A stretch of DNA of 62,568 bases, the filler included. It is 11 parts of 11 records of this genome, joined end to end, with 100 filler letters (N's around TTAATTAATTAA, not from the genome) between each part and the next. Parts side by side here need not be neighbours in the genome. Positions count along the whole stretch, not along the records: positions 19,046 to 28,243 come from SRR20825010_4087; positions 28,344 to 31,714 come from SRR20825010_4090; 9 more parts are not named here. The stretch is one strand, 5' to 3'. The position numbers and the translations under genes are program-made. This document shows positions 19,390 to 29,491 of this stretch, piece after piece. How positions within the stretch are numbered: the stretch's first letter is position 1; each line of letters begins with the position of its first letter. Under the pieces are notes generated by a model. The model was given only the letters and a program-made list of their open reading frames with translations. It had not been told where the DNA came from and did no database searches.

Positions 19390-20448
19390 TCAGCGAAGCC
19401 TATCGGCCAAAATCGAACCAAAATCACGACAAGACAATGATCCGGCAAGGTCTGCTGTTCGCGTTTCCGGATTTTTCAGCATTTCGGAAATTGTCTTATC
19501 CAGCCTGTTTGCAGCCTGCTGCAAATCGCTGCGACCGGTTTCTGCCCCCTTCCAATCCAGAAGCAGAACGGTCGACAGCAAAAGCGATACGGGGTTGGCG
19601 ATATTCTTGCCTGCAATATCGGGGGCTGAACCATGCGATGCCTGCGCAATCGCATTTTCATCCCCGACATTGAGTGACCCGGAAAGCCCAAGCCCACCGG
19701 CCAGCTCCGCCGCCTCATTCGAAAGGATGTCGCCAAACATGTTGGTCGTTACAATCACGTCAAACGCATCTGGCGTTCTGACCAGAAGTGATGCCATCGC
19801 ATCAACATGTTCTTCGCGAACCGTAAGTCCGCCCTGCTCGGCTGCGGCTTTCTCTGCTTCGGATAAAAACAGACCGTCGCTAAGTTTTAAAACATTGGCT
19901 TTGTGCACAATGGTCAGATGCCCGCGACGTTTGGCCGCAAGACGTGCAGCAAATGCCGACACCCGATAACTTCCCTGGCGCGTCACCTTGCGCATCGCCA
20001 GCGCAAGATCAGGGGTTGGCATCACCTCGCCGGTGCCCGCATACATGGTGCGATCGGCATAAAAACCTTCTGTGTTCTCACGCACAATCACTAGATCCAT
20101 ATTCCGGGCCAAAGCAGGAAGACCTTCAAACACCTTCGAAGGCCTTACATTGGCATACAGATCAAGATTGATGCGCAATGCCGCAGAAGGATTGATCCCA
20201 CCCTGATCTGCCGGAGGATAATGCGCGGTATCAACCGGTCCCAGAATGGTCAGATCAGCCTTGCGGGCACGCTCGATCAATTCCGGGGTAATGGTGGCAC
20301 CGTGTTTTTCCAATGATGCAAATCCGACATCTTCGCTGGTAAATTTTAATCCCAGCGAAAACGAACGATCCAATGCCTCAAGCACATTGCGGGTGACAGC
20401 CGTAATTTCCGGTCCGATCCCGTCGCCCGGCAATAAAAGAACATCCAC
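19390..20448 (-). CDS. Beta-decarboxylating dehydrogenase (isocitrate/isopropylmalate/tartrate family), probably NAD-dependent
   Basis: PGDGIGPE, LYANVRP, RENTEGFY, HKANV, NMFGDILS and HGSAPDIAG motifs. Confidence 0.9.
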   Translation of the reverse strand: MDVLLLPGDGIGPEITAVTRNVLEALDRSFSLGLKFTSEDVGFASLEKHGATITPELIERARKADLTILGPVDTAHYPPADQGGINPSAALRINLDLYANVRPSKVFEGLPALARNMDLVIVRENTEGFYADRTMYAGTGEVMPTPDLALAMRKVTRQGSYRVSAFAARLAAKRRGHLTIVHKANVLKLSDGLFLSEAEKAAAEQGGLTVREEHVDAMASLLVRTPDAFDVIVTTNMFGDILSNEAAELAGGLGLSGSLNVGDENAIAQASHGSAPDIAGKNIANPVSLLLSTVLLLDWKGAETGRSDLQQAANRLDKTISEMLKNPETRTADLAGSLSCRDFGSILADRLR

Positions 20449-20452
20449 GACC

Positions 20453-21574
20453 CTAAACCTCCGTCAGAATATTTTCAGGAACAAGAACCCGACCTTCAAA
20501 CAACCGGCGTGCGGTGCGGATCACCCCGCCGGAAATCACCGAAAGATTTGGTCCCGATCCTTCGATGGTAAGTTCCACCGCAATCATGCCACTTGGATGT
20601 TCAATCTGAATCCACTGTTGCGGCAAGGCCTTGAGACTGATCATACCATCAACGATGCTTCCTGAAAGTGATGCGCAACTGGCAACACAAATCGCACCGG
20701 TCACCGCATGGGTTGCATGGCAATTATGCGGCACAAAATAGCGCGATGTAATATCGCCACCTTTTGTCGGCTCGGACAGAATGGCCATTTTCGGAACAAC
20801 CTTACCGGTACAATCGCCAAGCCCCATTAGTTCCGATGCTTTGCGGCGCACGGCTTCCATCCGCGCAATCAGTTCTGCATTGCCGTCAAGCTGCGCCTTT
20901 GTTTCGTTCCCCGTTATTCCAAGATCGCGGGCGCGAAACATCACCATCGGAACCGCCACATCAATACAGGTCACTTCAAGCCCGTCGATATAGTTGATCG
21001 GTTTCCCCGTTGGCAGGAGCCGACCGGTTTTGCTGCCCATGATATCCTTGAACCGCAATATCAGCGGGGACGCAGTCCCGGGCACGCCATCAATCGCCGC
21101 ATCCCCGCTATAAGTCACCTTTCCGCCGGGTGTCGCAACCAGGACATCAACCAATGCACCGACATTTTTATTGTAAATGCGGACCAGCGTTTGATCCCCT
21201 GTAACCGGCACCAAACCGGCCTCAATCGCAAACGGGGCAACTGCCGCGGTCATGTTCCCGCAATTCGGATTTACGTCAACCTCTGCCCTGTCGATGGCTA
21301 CCTGGGCAAACAGGAACTCGACATCTGCATCCGGTCGGCTGGATGGCGCAACAATGCATGATTTGCTGGTTAACGTATCGGCACCGCCAATTCCATCAAT
21401 CTGACGTTTGTCTGGTGACCCCATCGCCGCAAGCAAAAGACGATCACGCGCGGCAACGTCTTCGGGCAAATCACTGGCCAAAAAGATCGGCCCTTTTGAT
21501 GTTCCGCCGCGCATCATGACGCAGGGAACGGCATGTTGGTCATTCACAATCACGGTATTTTTCATGTCGATCAC
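20453..21574 (-). CDS. PrpF-family isomerase (4-oxalomesaconate tautomerase / aconitate isomerase-like)
   Basis: MRGGTSKG, GSPDKRQIDG, NCGNM, EHPSG and RTARRLFEG motifs. Confidence 0.9.
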   Translation of the reverse strand: MIDMKNTVIVNDQHAVPCVMMRGGTSKGPIFLASDLPEDVAARDRLLLAAMGSPDKRQIDGIGGADTLTSKSCIVAPSSRPDADVEFLFAQVAIDRAEVDVNPNCGNMTAAVAPFAIEAGLVPVTGDQTLVRIYNKNVGALVDVLVATPGGKVTYSGDAAIDGVPGTASPLILRFKDIMGSKTGRLLPTGKPINYIDGLEVTCIDVAVPMVMFRARDLGITGNETKAQLDGNAELIARMEAVRRKASELMGLGDCTGKVVPKMAILSEPTKGGDITSRYFVPHNCHATHAVTGAICVASCASLSGSIVDGMISLKALPQQWIQIEHPSGMIAVELTIEGSGPNLSVISGGVIRTARRLFEGRVLVPENILTEV

Positions 21575-23550
21575 CCCAGCGGCCAGGGAAGTTCAATCAG
21601 GTCCTGAAGCATCCCGGCCGGGAAATCGAGAACCAGTGACCACGCAAGAACACAAAGCCCGCCAATCGCAAGCCCGGTTAAAAGCAACGTCCGAAGCCAC
21701 GATGCCTTTGCCTTGACCCGAAGGAAGGCCATGAAGAACCCGGTAATCGCAATCAGGAACCCAAACACGGCGGTTGCGGCAACCATTCCGGCAACCCAAA
21801 AAACGTAGTGCCAAAGACCTGCGGTCGGCTTCACGTCCTGATGTTCAAGGTCAAATTCATGATCAAAATTGGCCGCATGGGACGGTGGCGATACAATCAA
21901 TTGCCAGATCAAAATCGCCGAAACGACGAACATCACCACCGAAACCGCACCGGTAAAGACACTGCCAAGGAAGGAATGCTGCGTTGCATCCCAAATTCCG
22001 AACGCAAAGAACGCCAGAAGCACGCCCGCAAACAGGATTTGCGGCCAGCGTTTCGGATTGTGGGAATGGCTGCTTTCTTCTTCTTCAACCGGATTTACCG
22101 GGTGTTTGCGCATCCCCATAAGAACGGAAATGACTGTCAAAGCCGCGATAATTACCACACCTGGACGGGTCAAGAATTCCCAGTTGTAGAATTGCAGGGC
22201 CTGATAAAGATAGGTTTCCGTGTTGGATGCGAGCACAAAACCAATCAGAAACGCCGGGCGAGGCCAGCCAAAGCGTTTCATCAGCACGCCAAGAACACCA
22301 AGCACCAACAAGGCGATCATATCGGAAAGGGAACGCGTCGCCTGAAACGCGGCAAAGCAGATCACCGTAATCATGAACGGCGCAAGGTAACCGTATTTGA
22401 TTGTCGTCAGGCGTGAAACGAAAGGCGAAATCAGCAATGCACCACCAGCACCAACGACATTGGCAATCGCAAGCGACCAGATGATCGTGTAGGTGATATC
22501 AAGATCGCGCCCGACCATTGCAGGGCCGGCTTCAAGACCAATCAGGACCATACCGCCAAGGAAAACAGCCATGCTGCCCGATCCGGGAATACCAAACAGC
22601 AGCGTGGGAACAAGCCCGCCGCCCTCCTTGGCATTGTTTGCGCTTTCCGGTGCCAGGACACCACGAATATCGCCCTTGCCGAATTGCGATTTGTCTTTTG
22701 CGGTCTGGACCACATGACCATAGGCGATCCAGTCGACAACACTTCCGCCAAGCCCGGGCAGGGCCCCGACAATACTGCCAAGACCGGCACAACGCAGGCA
22801 CAACCATTTGTGACGGATCATATCCCGAACGCCGTCGCGCCACCCCAGACCAAGGGTGCCCTTATCAGAAATAGATCGATTTTGCCGGCACAGGTCGATG
22901 ATTTCAGGGAACGCAAACATGCCCAGCCCGACAATGACGAGTGGCAGACCATCCATCAGATAAACAGAGTCAAAGCTCATGCGGAGTTCGCCGGTGGCCG
23001 GAGCCGCACCAAGCGCCCCCAGCAGCAAGCCAAGGCCCGCAGCAATCACGCCTTTAGGCAGGCTTTTACCGGCAAGAACGCCGACCATCGACAGACCAAG
23101 AACAGCCAGCATAAAGAGTTCGGCCGAACCAAATGCCAGGATCAGAGGCCGCGCGATCACGACAAAGCCGGTCAGGATAACAGCCCCCACCAGTCCCCCG
23201 ACCAAGGATGCCGAAAATGCAGCCCCCAGCGCACGGGCACCATGGCCTTTTTTGGCCAAAGGAAAACCATCAAGAACTGTTGCTTGTGATGCACTTGATC
23301 CCGGTATCCCCATCAAGACAGATGTAAAGGTATCCGAGGTCGGGATAACAGCAACAAGACCGATCAACATGGCAAGTGCCGAAATCTGGTCCATGCCATA
23401 AATGAAAGGTAACAGAAGAGACAGCCCGACAATTCCGCCCAGACCGGGCAGAATGCCGACAATCATGCCCATTCCAACCCCCAGCAAAAGATACATCAGA
23501 TGGGTTGGCTGCGCGAAATGAGACAGTGCCGTCATCATTGCATCAAGCAT
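21571..23550 (-). CDS. tctA: Tripartite tricarboxylate transporter permease TctA with fused TctB-like C-terminus
   Basis: PGLGG, GIPG and PESANNA motifs, plus about 160 extra C-terminal residues with 4 TM helices. Confidence 0.88.
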   Translation of the reverse strand: MLDAMMTALSHFAQPTHLMYLLLGVGMGMIVGILPGLGGIVGLSLLLPFIYGMDQISALAMLIGLVAVIPTSDTFTSVLMGIPGSSASQATVLDGFPLAKKGHGARALGAAFSASLVGGLVGAVILTGFVVIARPLILAFGSAELFMLAVLGLSMVGVLAGKSLPKGVIAAGLGLLLGALGAAPATGELRMSFDSVYLMDGLPLVIVGLGMFAFPEIIDLCRQNRSISDKGTLGLGWRDGVRDMIRHKWLCLRCAGLGSIVGALPGLGGSVVDWIAYGHVVQTAKDKSQFGKGDIRGVLAPESANNAKEGGGLVPTLLFGIPGSGSMAVFLGGMVLIGLEAGPAMVGRDLDITYTIIWSLAIANVVGAGGALLISPFVSRLTTIKYGYLAPFMITVICFAAFQATRSLSDMIALLVLGVLGVLMKRFGWPRPAFLIGFVLASNTETYLYQALQFYNWEFLTRPGVVIIAALTVISVLMGMRKHPVNPVEEEESSHSHNPKRWPQILFAGVLLAFFAFGIWDATQHSFLGSVFTGAVSVVMFVVSAILIWQLIVSPPSHAANFDHEFDLEHQDVKPTAGLWHYVFWVAGMVAATAVFGFLIAITGFFMAFLRVKAKASWLRTLLLTGLAIGGLCVLAWSLVLDFPAGMLQDLIELPWPLG

Positions 23551-23622
23551 CAGGAAACTCCGTCAAAAGACAAAGTTCGCCCGTTCCCTTGAAACGACCA
23601 GACAGTCGCAGGGTGAAAAAAG

Positions 23623-23644
23623 CGGGGTGGACAAGGCCACCCCG
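23623..23644 (-). terminator. Hairpin after tctC
   Basis: CGGGGTGG-N6-CCACCCCG, followed on the - strand by CTTTTTT. Confidence 0.65.
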
Positions 23645-23674
23645 ATCAGGAAACGGGAGACTTCAGATTTTCAG

Positions 23675-24775
23675 TTAGAACTGAACCGAATATTTATCGG
23701 TCAGCCATTTTTGCACCCACTCACGGGCTTCTTCTGGAACGTTCACAGCCGTGCGGAAAATACGCTCTGCAGGCTCGCCAACGATCTGTTTGTATTCGCC
23801 AAGCGTTGCCTGTCGATCCGCGACAAAGCTCTCATCTTGGGTTGCGGCCTGTGCGGCATCACGATAGGCCTGCACGATTTCCTCAGGCGTATCTTTTGGC
23901 AGGAAGACCATTTTCTGAGCCGGGAAACCGGCAATGAAAAAGGCTTTGTAAGCATCCCAGGCGGGACCTGAAGGTTTTTCACCCTTCATCATCTCGTATG
24001 CTTCCGGGAAACTTGGCAGGTCGGGGAAGGAAGGATCGCGCACGATATTGCCGTCATCGTCGATCGCCCCCCACGAGAACAGCGGAACAGCGCTGCCGAT
24101 ATCAACAAGTGGTGTAACGTTGTTAATAAACGCCGACGAAGTCTGGTAATCGATGTTGACTTCGCCACGCTCAAAGGCAAGACGACCGGCCCCTCGGCCT
24201 TTCATGCCAAACACGGCATCGACATCAAGTCCCAGCAGCTCAAACGCTAGCAACGGAACCAGATCAAGGGACGTCGCGCCCTGACTACCATAACGCAACT
24301 TGACGGTTTCAAGTGCTTTCATGTCAGCAGCCGACTTAAGACCCAGATCGGAATTCACATAAACAACACCACCCGTCGGCGAAGCCAAAACCACGCGCCA
24401 GTCACGCATTTCATATTGCACGCGTTTGTCGCGCAACAGATACGGAAACTGGGTTGAGCCGGAAGTTCCGATGGCGGTCAATCCATCAGGTTTGGCGCGG
24501 GCTTCAAACTGGTTCGCCCCCGAAGTCGAACCGCCGCCCGGAATGTTCTTGACGACAACGGTCGGGTTTCCCGGCAGAAAGACGCTGAAATACGGTGCCC
24601 AGAACCGGCCCCAGGTATCAGTCCCCCCACCTTCACCGAACGGAATAATCAGTTCGACACGATCCCCGGCAAAGTCGGCATCCTGTGCGGTTGCTGTACC
24701 GGCAAAGCCAAAAGCAATTGCCGCAGCCGCACACGCGGTTTTGAATGATTGATTAACGGTTTTTCCCCATGACAT
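23675..24775 (-). CDS. tctC: TctC/Bug-family periplasmic tricarboxylate-binding protein
   Basis: Signal peptide; IIPFGEGGGTD, NIPGGG and KPDG motifs. Start set at MSWGK. Confidence 0.88.
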   Translation of the reverse strand: MSWGKTVNQSFKTACAAAAIAFGFAGTATAQDADFAGDRVELIIPFGEGGGTDTWGRFWAPYFSVFLPGNPTVVVKNIPGGGSTSGANQFEARAKPDGLTAIGTSGSTQFPYLLRDKRVQYEMRDWRVVLASPTGGVVYVNSDLGLKSAADMKALETVKLRYGSQGATSLDLVPLLAFELLGLDVDAVFGMKGRGAGRLAFERGEVNIDYQTSSAFINNVTPLVDIGSAVPLFSWGAIDDDGNIVRDPSFPDLPSFPEAYEMMKGEKPSGPAWDAYKAFFIAGFPAQKMVFLPKDTPEEIVQAYRDAAQAATQDESFVADRQATLGEYKQIVGEPAERIFRTAVNVPEEAREWVQKWLTDKYSVQF

Positions 24776-24950
24776 TGGGCTTTCCCTCCATAACGGTTGT
24801 TTTCTCTCGAACGGAAGGAAGAAGCGCGTGACGCACAGACATGCATCAAGTGTCGATTTCCTCCCATTCAGGCTTTCGGCTGTTATTGTTCTTCTGACCG
24901 GTCGTTGCCGGGAGTGCCGTTTGCCTATGACGCAAAATCTAAACGAAAAA

Positions 24951-24967
24951 GCTGTCAGTTTGCTGTC
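24951..24967. promoter_or_regulatory. OmpR-type direct repeat, candidate TctD site
   Basis: GCTGTC-AGTTT-GCTGTC (11-bp period) in the divergent tctC/tctD promoter. Confidence 0.5.
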
Positions 24968-25018
24968 TAGGGTCAAATTTTTCATTTTCGAAGTCGTTTT
25001 CGGTGTTATTTAGGCAGA

Positions 25019-25681
25019 ATGCGTATCCTGATCGTAGAAGATAACCTTGTTCTGGCTGACAAAATCGCTGCTGCCCTGCGGCAGACCGATCATGCTGTCG
25101 ATCTGGTTCATGATGGCGAAGATGCTCTTCGACTTGTTCTGCAAGAAACCTTTGATCTTCTGATTCTCGATTTGTCGCTTCCGGGACTGGACGGGATTGA
25201 AATTCTGAAAACCGTGCGCGCGCGCAAAATCAATTTGCCCGTCATGATCCTGACCGCACGCGGCAATCTGGATGAACGTGTCGCCGGTCTGGATGCCGGG
25301 GCAGACGATTATATGATCAAACCGTTCGAGCTATCGGAACTCGAAGCCCGTGCCCGCGCACTTTTACGACGCAATATCGGGCAGCGTAATCCCGCCATCA
25401 CGGTTGGAAAACTGACATTCAATTCGGTGGACCGGTCCGTCACGATTGATGGACAGCCCGTTTCGCTAACACCGCGCGAACGTGGTGTGCTGGAAATCCT
25501 GCTGCTGAACGTAAGCCAGGTGATCAGCAAGGAAAAAATCGCCCTGCATCTGTTCGGTTTTGATGATGAGGCCAGCGTAAAATCCATCGAACTTTACATC
25601 AGTCGCCTGCGCAAAAAAATTGCATCAGGTGATGTCGAAGTCCGGACTATTCGCGGACTTGGCTATATGATTGACGAATGA
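25019..25681 (+). CDS. tctD: OmpR-family response regulator TctD
   Basis: Receiver domain plus winged helix (IELYISRLRKK, TIRGLGY); divergent from tctC. Confidence 0.85.
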   Translation: MRILIVEDNLVLADKIAAALRQTDHAVDLVHDGEDALRLVLQETFDLLILDLSLPGLDGIEILKTVRARKINLPVMILTARGNLDERVAGLDAGADDYMIKPFELSELEARARALLRRNIGQRNPAITVGKLTFNSVDRSVTIDGQPVSLTPRERGVLEILLLNVSQVISKEKIALHLFGFDDEASVKSIELYISRLRKKIASGDVEVRTIRGLGYMIDE

Positions 25682-27087
25682 CCGAAAACGCTACCGCCAT
25701 ATCAACATCATTGCGCGCAAGGCTCCTGCGCTGGCTTTTGCTGCCTGGATTAATGCTGGCATTCGGGCTGCTGGCCAAAAACTATCTGACCGTTAGCGAA
25801 ATGGCCAACCGTATTCAGGACCGGCTTCTGGTTGCACTGGCGGTAACGATTTCCGAACATGCAATCAATTCAAGGGGCGATTTGCTATCGCGTGATATCG
25901 AGCTGCTGCTCGAGCAATTCACCCGCGAAAACACATATTACCGCGTACAGGGTCCGGACGGGGCGTTTGTGACGGGGGATTCTGGTCTGCCACGACTGCC
26001 CGCTGGCATTACTCTGGAACCGGGTGTCCCCCATTTCTATAACGCACACTATCGCAACGAGGACGTACGCGCGGTAACCATGAAATATCTGGTTTCCAAT
26101 CCGTCGTCGAACATCTATGGCTGGGTCACCATTGATGTCAGCCAGACCCGTCGTGAACGCGATAATCTGATTTATGACGAACTTCTGGGATCGACCACTG
26201 ATTTTCTGGTTCTGATGTTTCTCGGCGGCGTTTTCGCGTGGATCGGCGTTTCACGCGGACTTGCCCCCCTAAGACGCCTTCAACAGGCAATCCGCCGCAG
26301 ATCCACTGATGATTTGCGGCCAATTCGCCATGCCATGCCCAAGGAAGTCACCGAGGTCGTCAGATCTCTAAATGCACTTTTGGCACGCCTGGAAAGCTCA
26401 ATCACGGCCAATCAGCGTTTCATCGCCGATGCATCACACCAGCTACGTACCCCGCTTGCGACAGTACAGGCCGAAGCCGAATGGGCTTTGCGCAATGCCA
26501 GCGACCAACAAGACCGTCAAGCTCTTGAACGTATCGTCAGTCAAACCCGTCAGACGGCCAGACTTGCCAACCAGCTTCTGAACCTCGCGCGGGTGTCACC
26601 GGAAGGCCGAAAGGCTGTCCGCTACGAGAAGACTGATCTCTTGGCCCTTGCCGCCTCGGTGACATCCGGGATGGTTCGTCATGCCATCCGCCACAATATT
26701 GATCTTGGCTTCGACGATCAAAGCGAGGGCATGAGCTGTGAAATTGAAACAGGAAACGAAGTTCTGCTTCAGGAAATGCTTTGCAACCTGATCGAGAATG
26801 CAATCGTCTATGGCAATCCCGGTACGATTGTGACGGTGCGCGTCATTGGTCGCGGCGTTGCTGTAGGTCCGGTTCTCGAGGTTGAAGACAACGGCCCCGG
26901 TATCCCGGAAAAAGACCGCGATACGGTTCTGGAACGGTTCGTGCGCCTTGATGAGCAAAACGGACAAGGATGTGGCCTTGGACTGGCTATTGTCAAAGAA
27001 GTTGCCAACGCACATCAGGCCGTTATGTCCCTTGAAGACGGCAAAGACGGTGTCGGCCTCAAGGTGCGGATTGCATTCCCGCGCTAA
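25678..27087 (+). CDS. tctE: Sensor histidine kinase TctE
   Basis: Two TM helices, ASHQLRTPL H-box, NLIENAI, DNGPGIP and GLGL boxes. Confidence 0.85.
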   Translation: MTENATAISTSLRARLLRWLLLPGLMLAFGLLAKNYLTVSEMANRIQDRLLVALAVTISEHAINSRGDLLSRDIELLLEQFTRENTYYRVQGPDGAFVTGDSGLPRLPAGITLEPGVPHFYNAHYRNEDVRAVTMKYLVSNPSSNIYGWVTIDVSQTRRERDNLIYDELLGSTTDFLVLMFLGGVFAWIGVSRGLAPLRRLQQAIRRRSTDDLRPIRHAMPKEVTEVVRSLNALLARLESSITANQRFIADASHQLRTPLATVQAEAEWALRNASDQQDRQALERIVSQTRQTARLANQLLNLARVSPEGRKAVRYEKTDLLALAASVTSGMVRHAIRHNIDLGFDDQSEGMSCEIETGNEVLLQEMLCNLIENAIVYGNPGTIVTVRVIGRGVAVGPVLEVEDNGPGIPEKDRDTVLERFVRLDEQNGQGCGLGLAIVKEVANAHQAVMSLEDGKDGVGLKVRIAFPR

Positions 27088-27114
27088 CCGGTTCTATCTG
27101 TCTCGTTGCAGACG

Positions 27115-27143
27115 AAAGACCGGCACGTCGTGCGCCGGTCTTT
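27115..27143. terminator. Bidirectional terminator
   Basis: AAAGACCGGC-N9-GCCGGTCTTT between convergent tctE and tcuB. Confidence 0.8.
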
Positions 27144-27156
27144 TGTCTTTTGACAT

Positions 27157-28243
27157 TCAGGCCGCTTTCTTGTCCGGACAAACGCCCACCACCTGCTTGT
27201 GATCGTTCTTTTCGACCGCAAACACAATCAGCGCGATCAGGCGATAAAAACCATGCACAAACTTGCCATATGGCATGGACAGAAACAGCGTCATCACAAC
27301 ACCAAGATGGATGCTTAACATCACCCCGACATATTGCGTATCACGCACAAACATCAGGCAAAGTCCGGTCAGACTTGTCAAAAACAGCAGAACCAGAAAA
27401 CTGACATCCATACCCTTGTTCGTTTTGCCTTTCGGGGCGGCATCTGCCCGGGCCTTCAGGATCAGCAGCCCCGCAGGCCCCACAATAAGACCAAGTCCTC
27501 CCAGAATGCCAAACAGTTTGGGCAGGCTCAAATACCCGTAAGGTGCGGGAAGATCGAAGCCATAATGCAAGACCGTGGCCGACGATGTGGCAGCAAAGCA
27601 CAGCATGAAGCCCCAGAATGTCATCTGATGGAACCAACGCCTTGCCATGGAGGGCGTTTCGCTTGGATACGAGCATCCCTGCCCGTTGCCACCATCCAGA
27701 TATTTCAGCGAAAGAGCATCTTTTATCCCCTGCATGACGCGGGGATAATCAAGCCTGAAAGGACTTGGCAAATTCATTGTCCGCCAGAATTTGACAATCG
27801 AAACCAGCAGCGCAAGCAGCACAAATCCACCGACCGCACCAAACATTGCGGCCAGGACATCATGCGAAATCACGCCGTAAAATGCGTTGTCGTGCGCTGA
27901 AAAGAAATCATCCCCGGTTAGAATGGCCGTTCCGCCCAGAAAAAGCGTGATCACAACGATTGACAGAAAACTGACCCAAAGACCGTTATTGGCAAACAGC
28001 TTGCCCATAAAGCCCGGCCACGCGTAAATGCCGTAGTTTTCCTGCCTGAGCTCCGCCATCGCGGCCGGAACGTTAAGCTGAAATTCGTGTGGCGGCGCAT
28101 ATTGGCAATTGTGATAACAGGCCCCGCAGTTATGGCAAAGGTTTGCCAGATAATCGAGCGTATCGGAATTGAATTCCAACCGCAGTTCCATCGCTTGGAA
28201 AACGGCACAATGTCCCTCGCAATAACGGCAGGCATTGCAGATC
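27157..28243 (-). CDS. tcuB: Tricarballylate utilisation 4Fe-4S membrane protein TcuB (5' truncated)
   Basis: ICNACRYCEGHC (read manually up to the contig end), CHNCGACYHNCQYAPPH, RRWFHQ and PYGKFVH motifs. Confidence 0.92.
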
Positions 28244-28343
28244 NNNNNNNNNNNNNNNNNNNNNNNNNNNNNNNNNNNNNNNNNNNNTTAATTAATTAAN
28301 NNNNNNNNNNNNNNNNNNNNNNNNNNNNNNNNNNNNNNNNNNN
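28244..28343. other. Artificial contig-joining spacer
   Basis: 44 N + TTAATTAATTAA + 44 N. Confidence 0.98.
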
Positions 28344-29416
28344 AGTTCGAACATGCCGTGGTTGAGCTGGTGGAAGCCAGCGAGCGTGACGAACTGGTAC
28401 TTGTAGCCCATCGCTGCGATTTCCTTCTGGAACTTCGCAATGGTTGCCTTGTCGAGCTTGGCTTCCCAGTTGAAGGAAGGCGAGCAGTTATAGGCGAGCA
28501 GCTGGTCAGGATGTTCCTTGCGGACGGCTTCAGCGAAACGCTTTGCGTCGTCGAGGTTCGGAACCGATGTTTCCCACCACAGCAGGTCAGCGTAAGGCGC
28601 GAAGGCCAGACCGCGCTTAATGCAATGGTCAACGCCTGTGCCCGGCTTCAGGCGGTAGAAGCCTTCAACTGTGCGGCCAGCGTCGAAATCGATGAACTCG
28701 TGATCGCGTTCGTCGATGTCCGATGTGATCAGGTTGGCGGATTCAGCGTCTGTACGCGCCATGATCAGTGTGGGTGTGCCCATGACGTCGGCGCCAAGAC
28801 GCGCGGCGTTGAGGTTACGCTCGTGAGCGCGTGTCGGGATCAGAACCTTGCCGCCGAGATGGCCGCACTTCTTTTCCGAAGCCAGCTGGTCTTCGTAGTG
28901 AACGCCCGAAGCGCCGGCTTCGATATAGGCCTTCATGATTTCGAAGCAGTTCAGCGGGCCGCCGAAACCGGCTTCAGCGTCGGCAACGATCGGCAGGAAC
29001 CAGTCGCGCTTGGCGCCGCCTTCGGAATGTTCGATTTCGTCCGCACGCTTCAGGGCGCGGTTGATCTTCTTGGCAAGTTCCGGACCGGCATTGGCGGGAT
29101 AGAGCGACTGGTCGGGATACATGGCGCCGGCTGTGTTGGCGTCGGCGGCAACCTGCCAACCCGAGAGGTAGATCGCCTTGAGGCCTGCACGGGCCATCTG
29201 CATGGCCTGGTTGCCCGAGAGCGCGCCCAGCGAGTGGATATATTCACCCGACTGCAGCATTTCCCAAAGCTTGTTGGCGCCGCGTGTGGCGAGCGTGTGT
29301 TCGATGGGGAACGAGCCGCGCAGCTTTTCAACGTCTTCGACGGAGTAGTTGCGCTTCACGTTGTCATAGCGGCCCTTAGGCGCGCTGGGGATGAGGTCGT
29401 AAAAGGTCTTCGCCAT
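28344..29416 (-). CDS. aceA: Isocitrate lyase (3' truncated)
   Basis: [15 protein letters not shown] catalytic motif, [10 protein letters not shown]. Confidence 0.97.
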
Positions 29417-29491
29417 GGTTTTGATCCTTAAATCAACGGGGTCGGGTCGGATGGGTTTGGGTCGGGTCTCGGTCTCGGGTGCTACAGCTGA

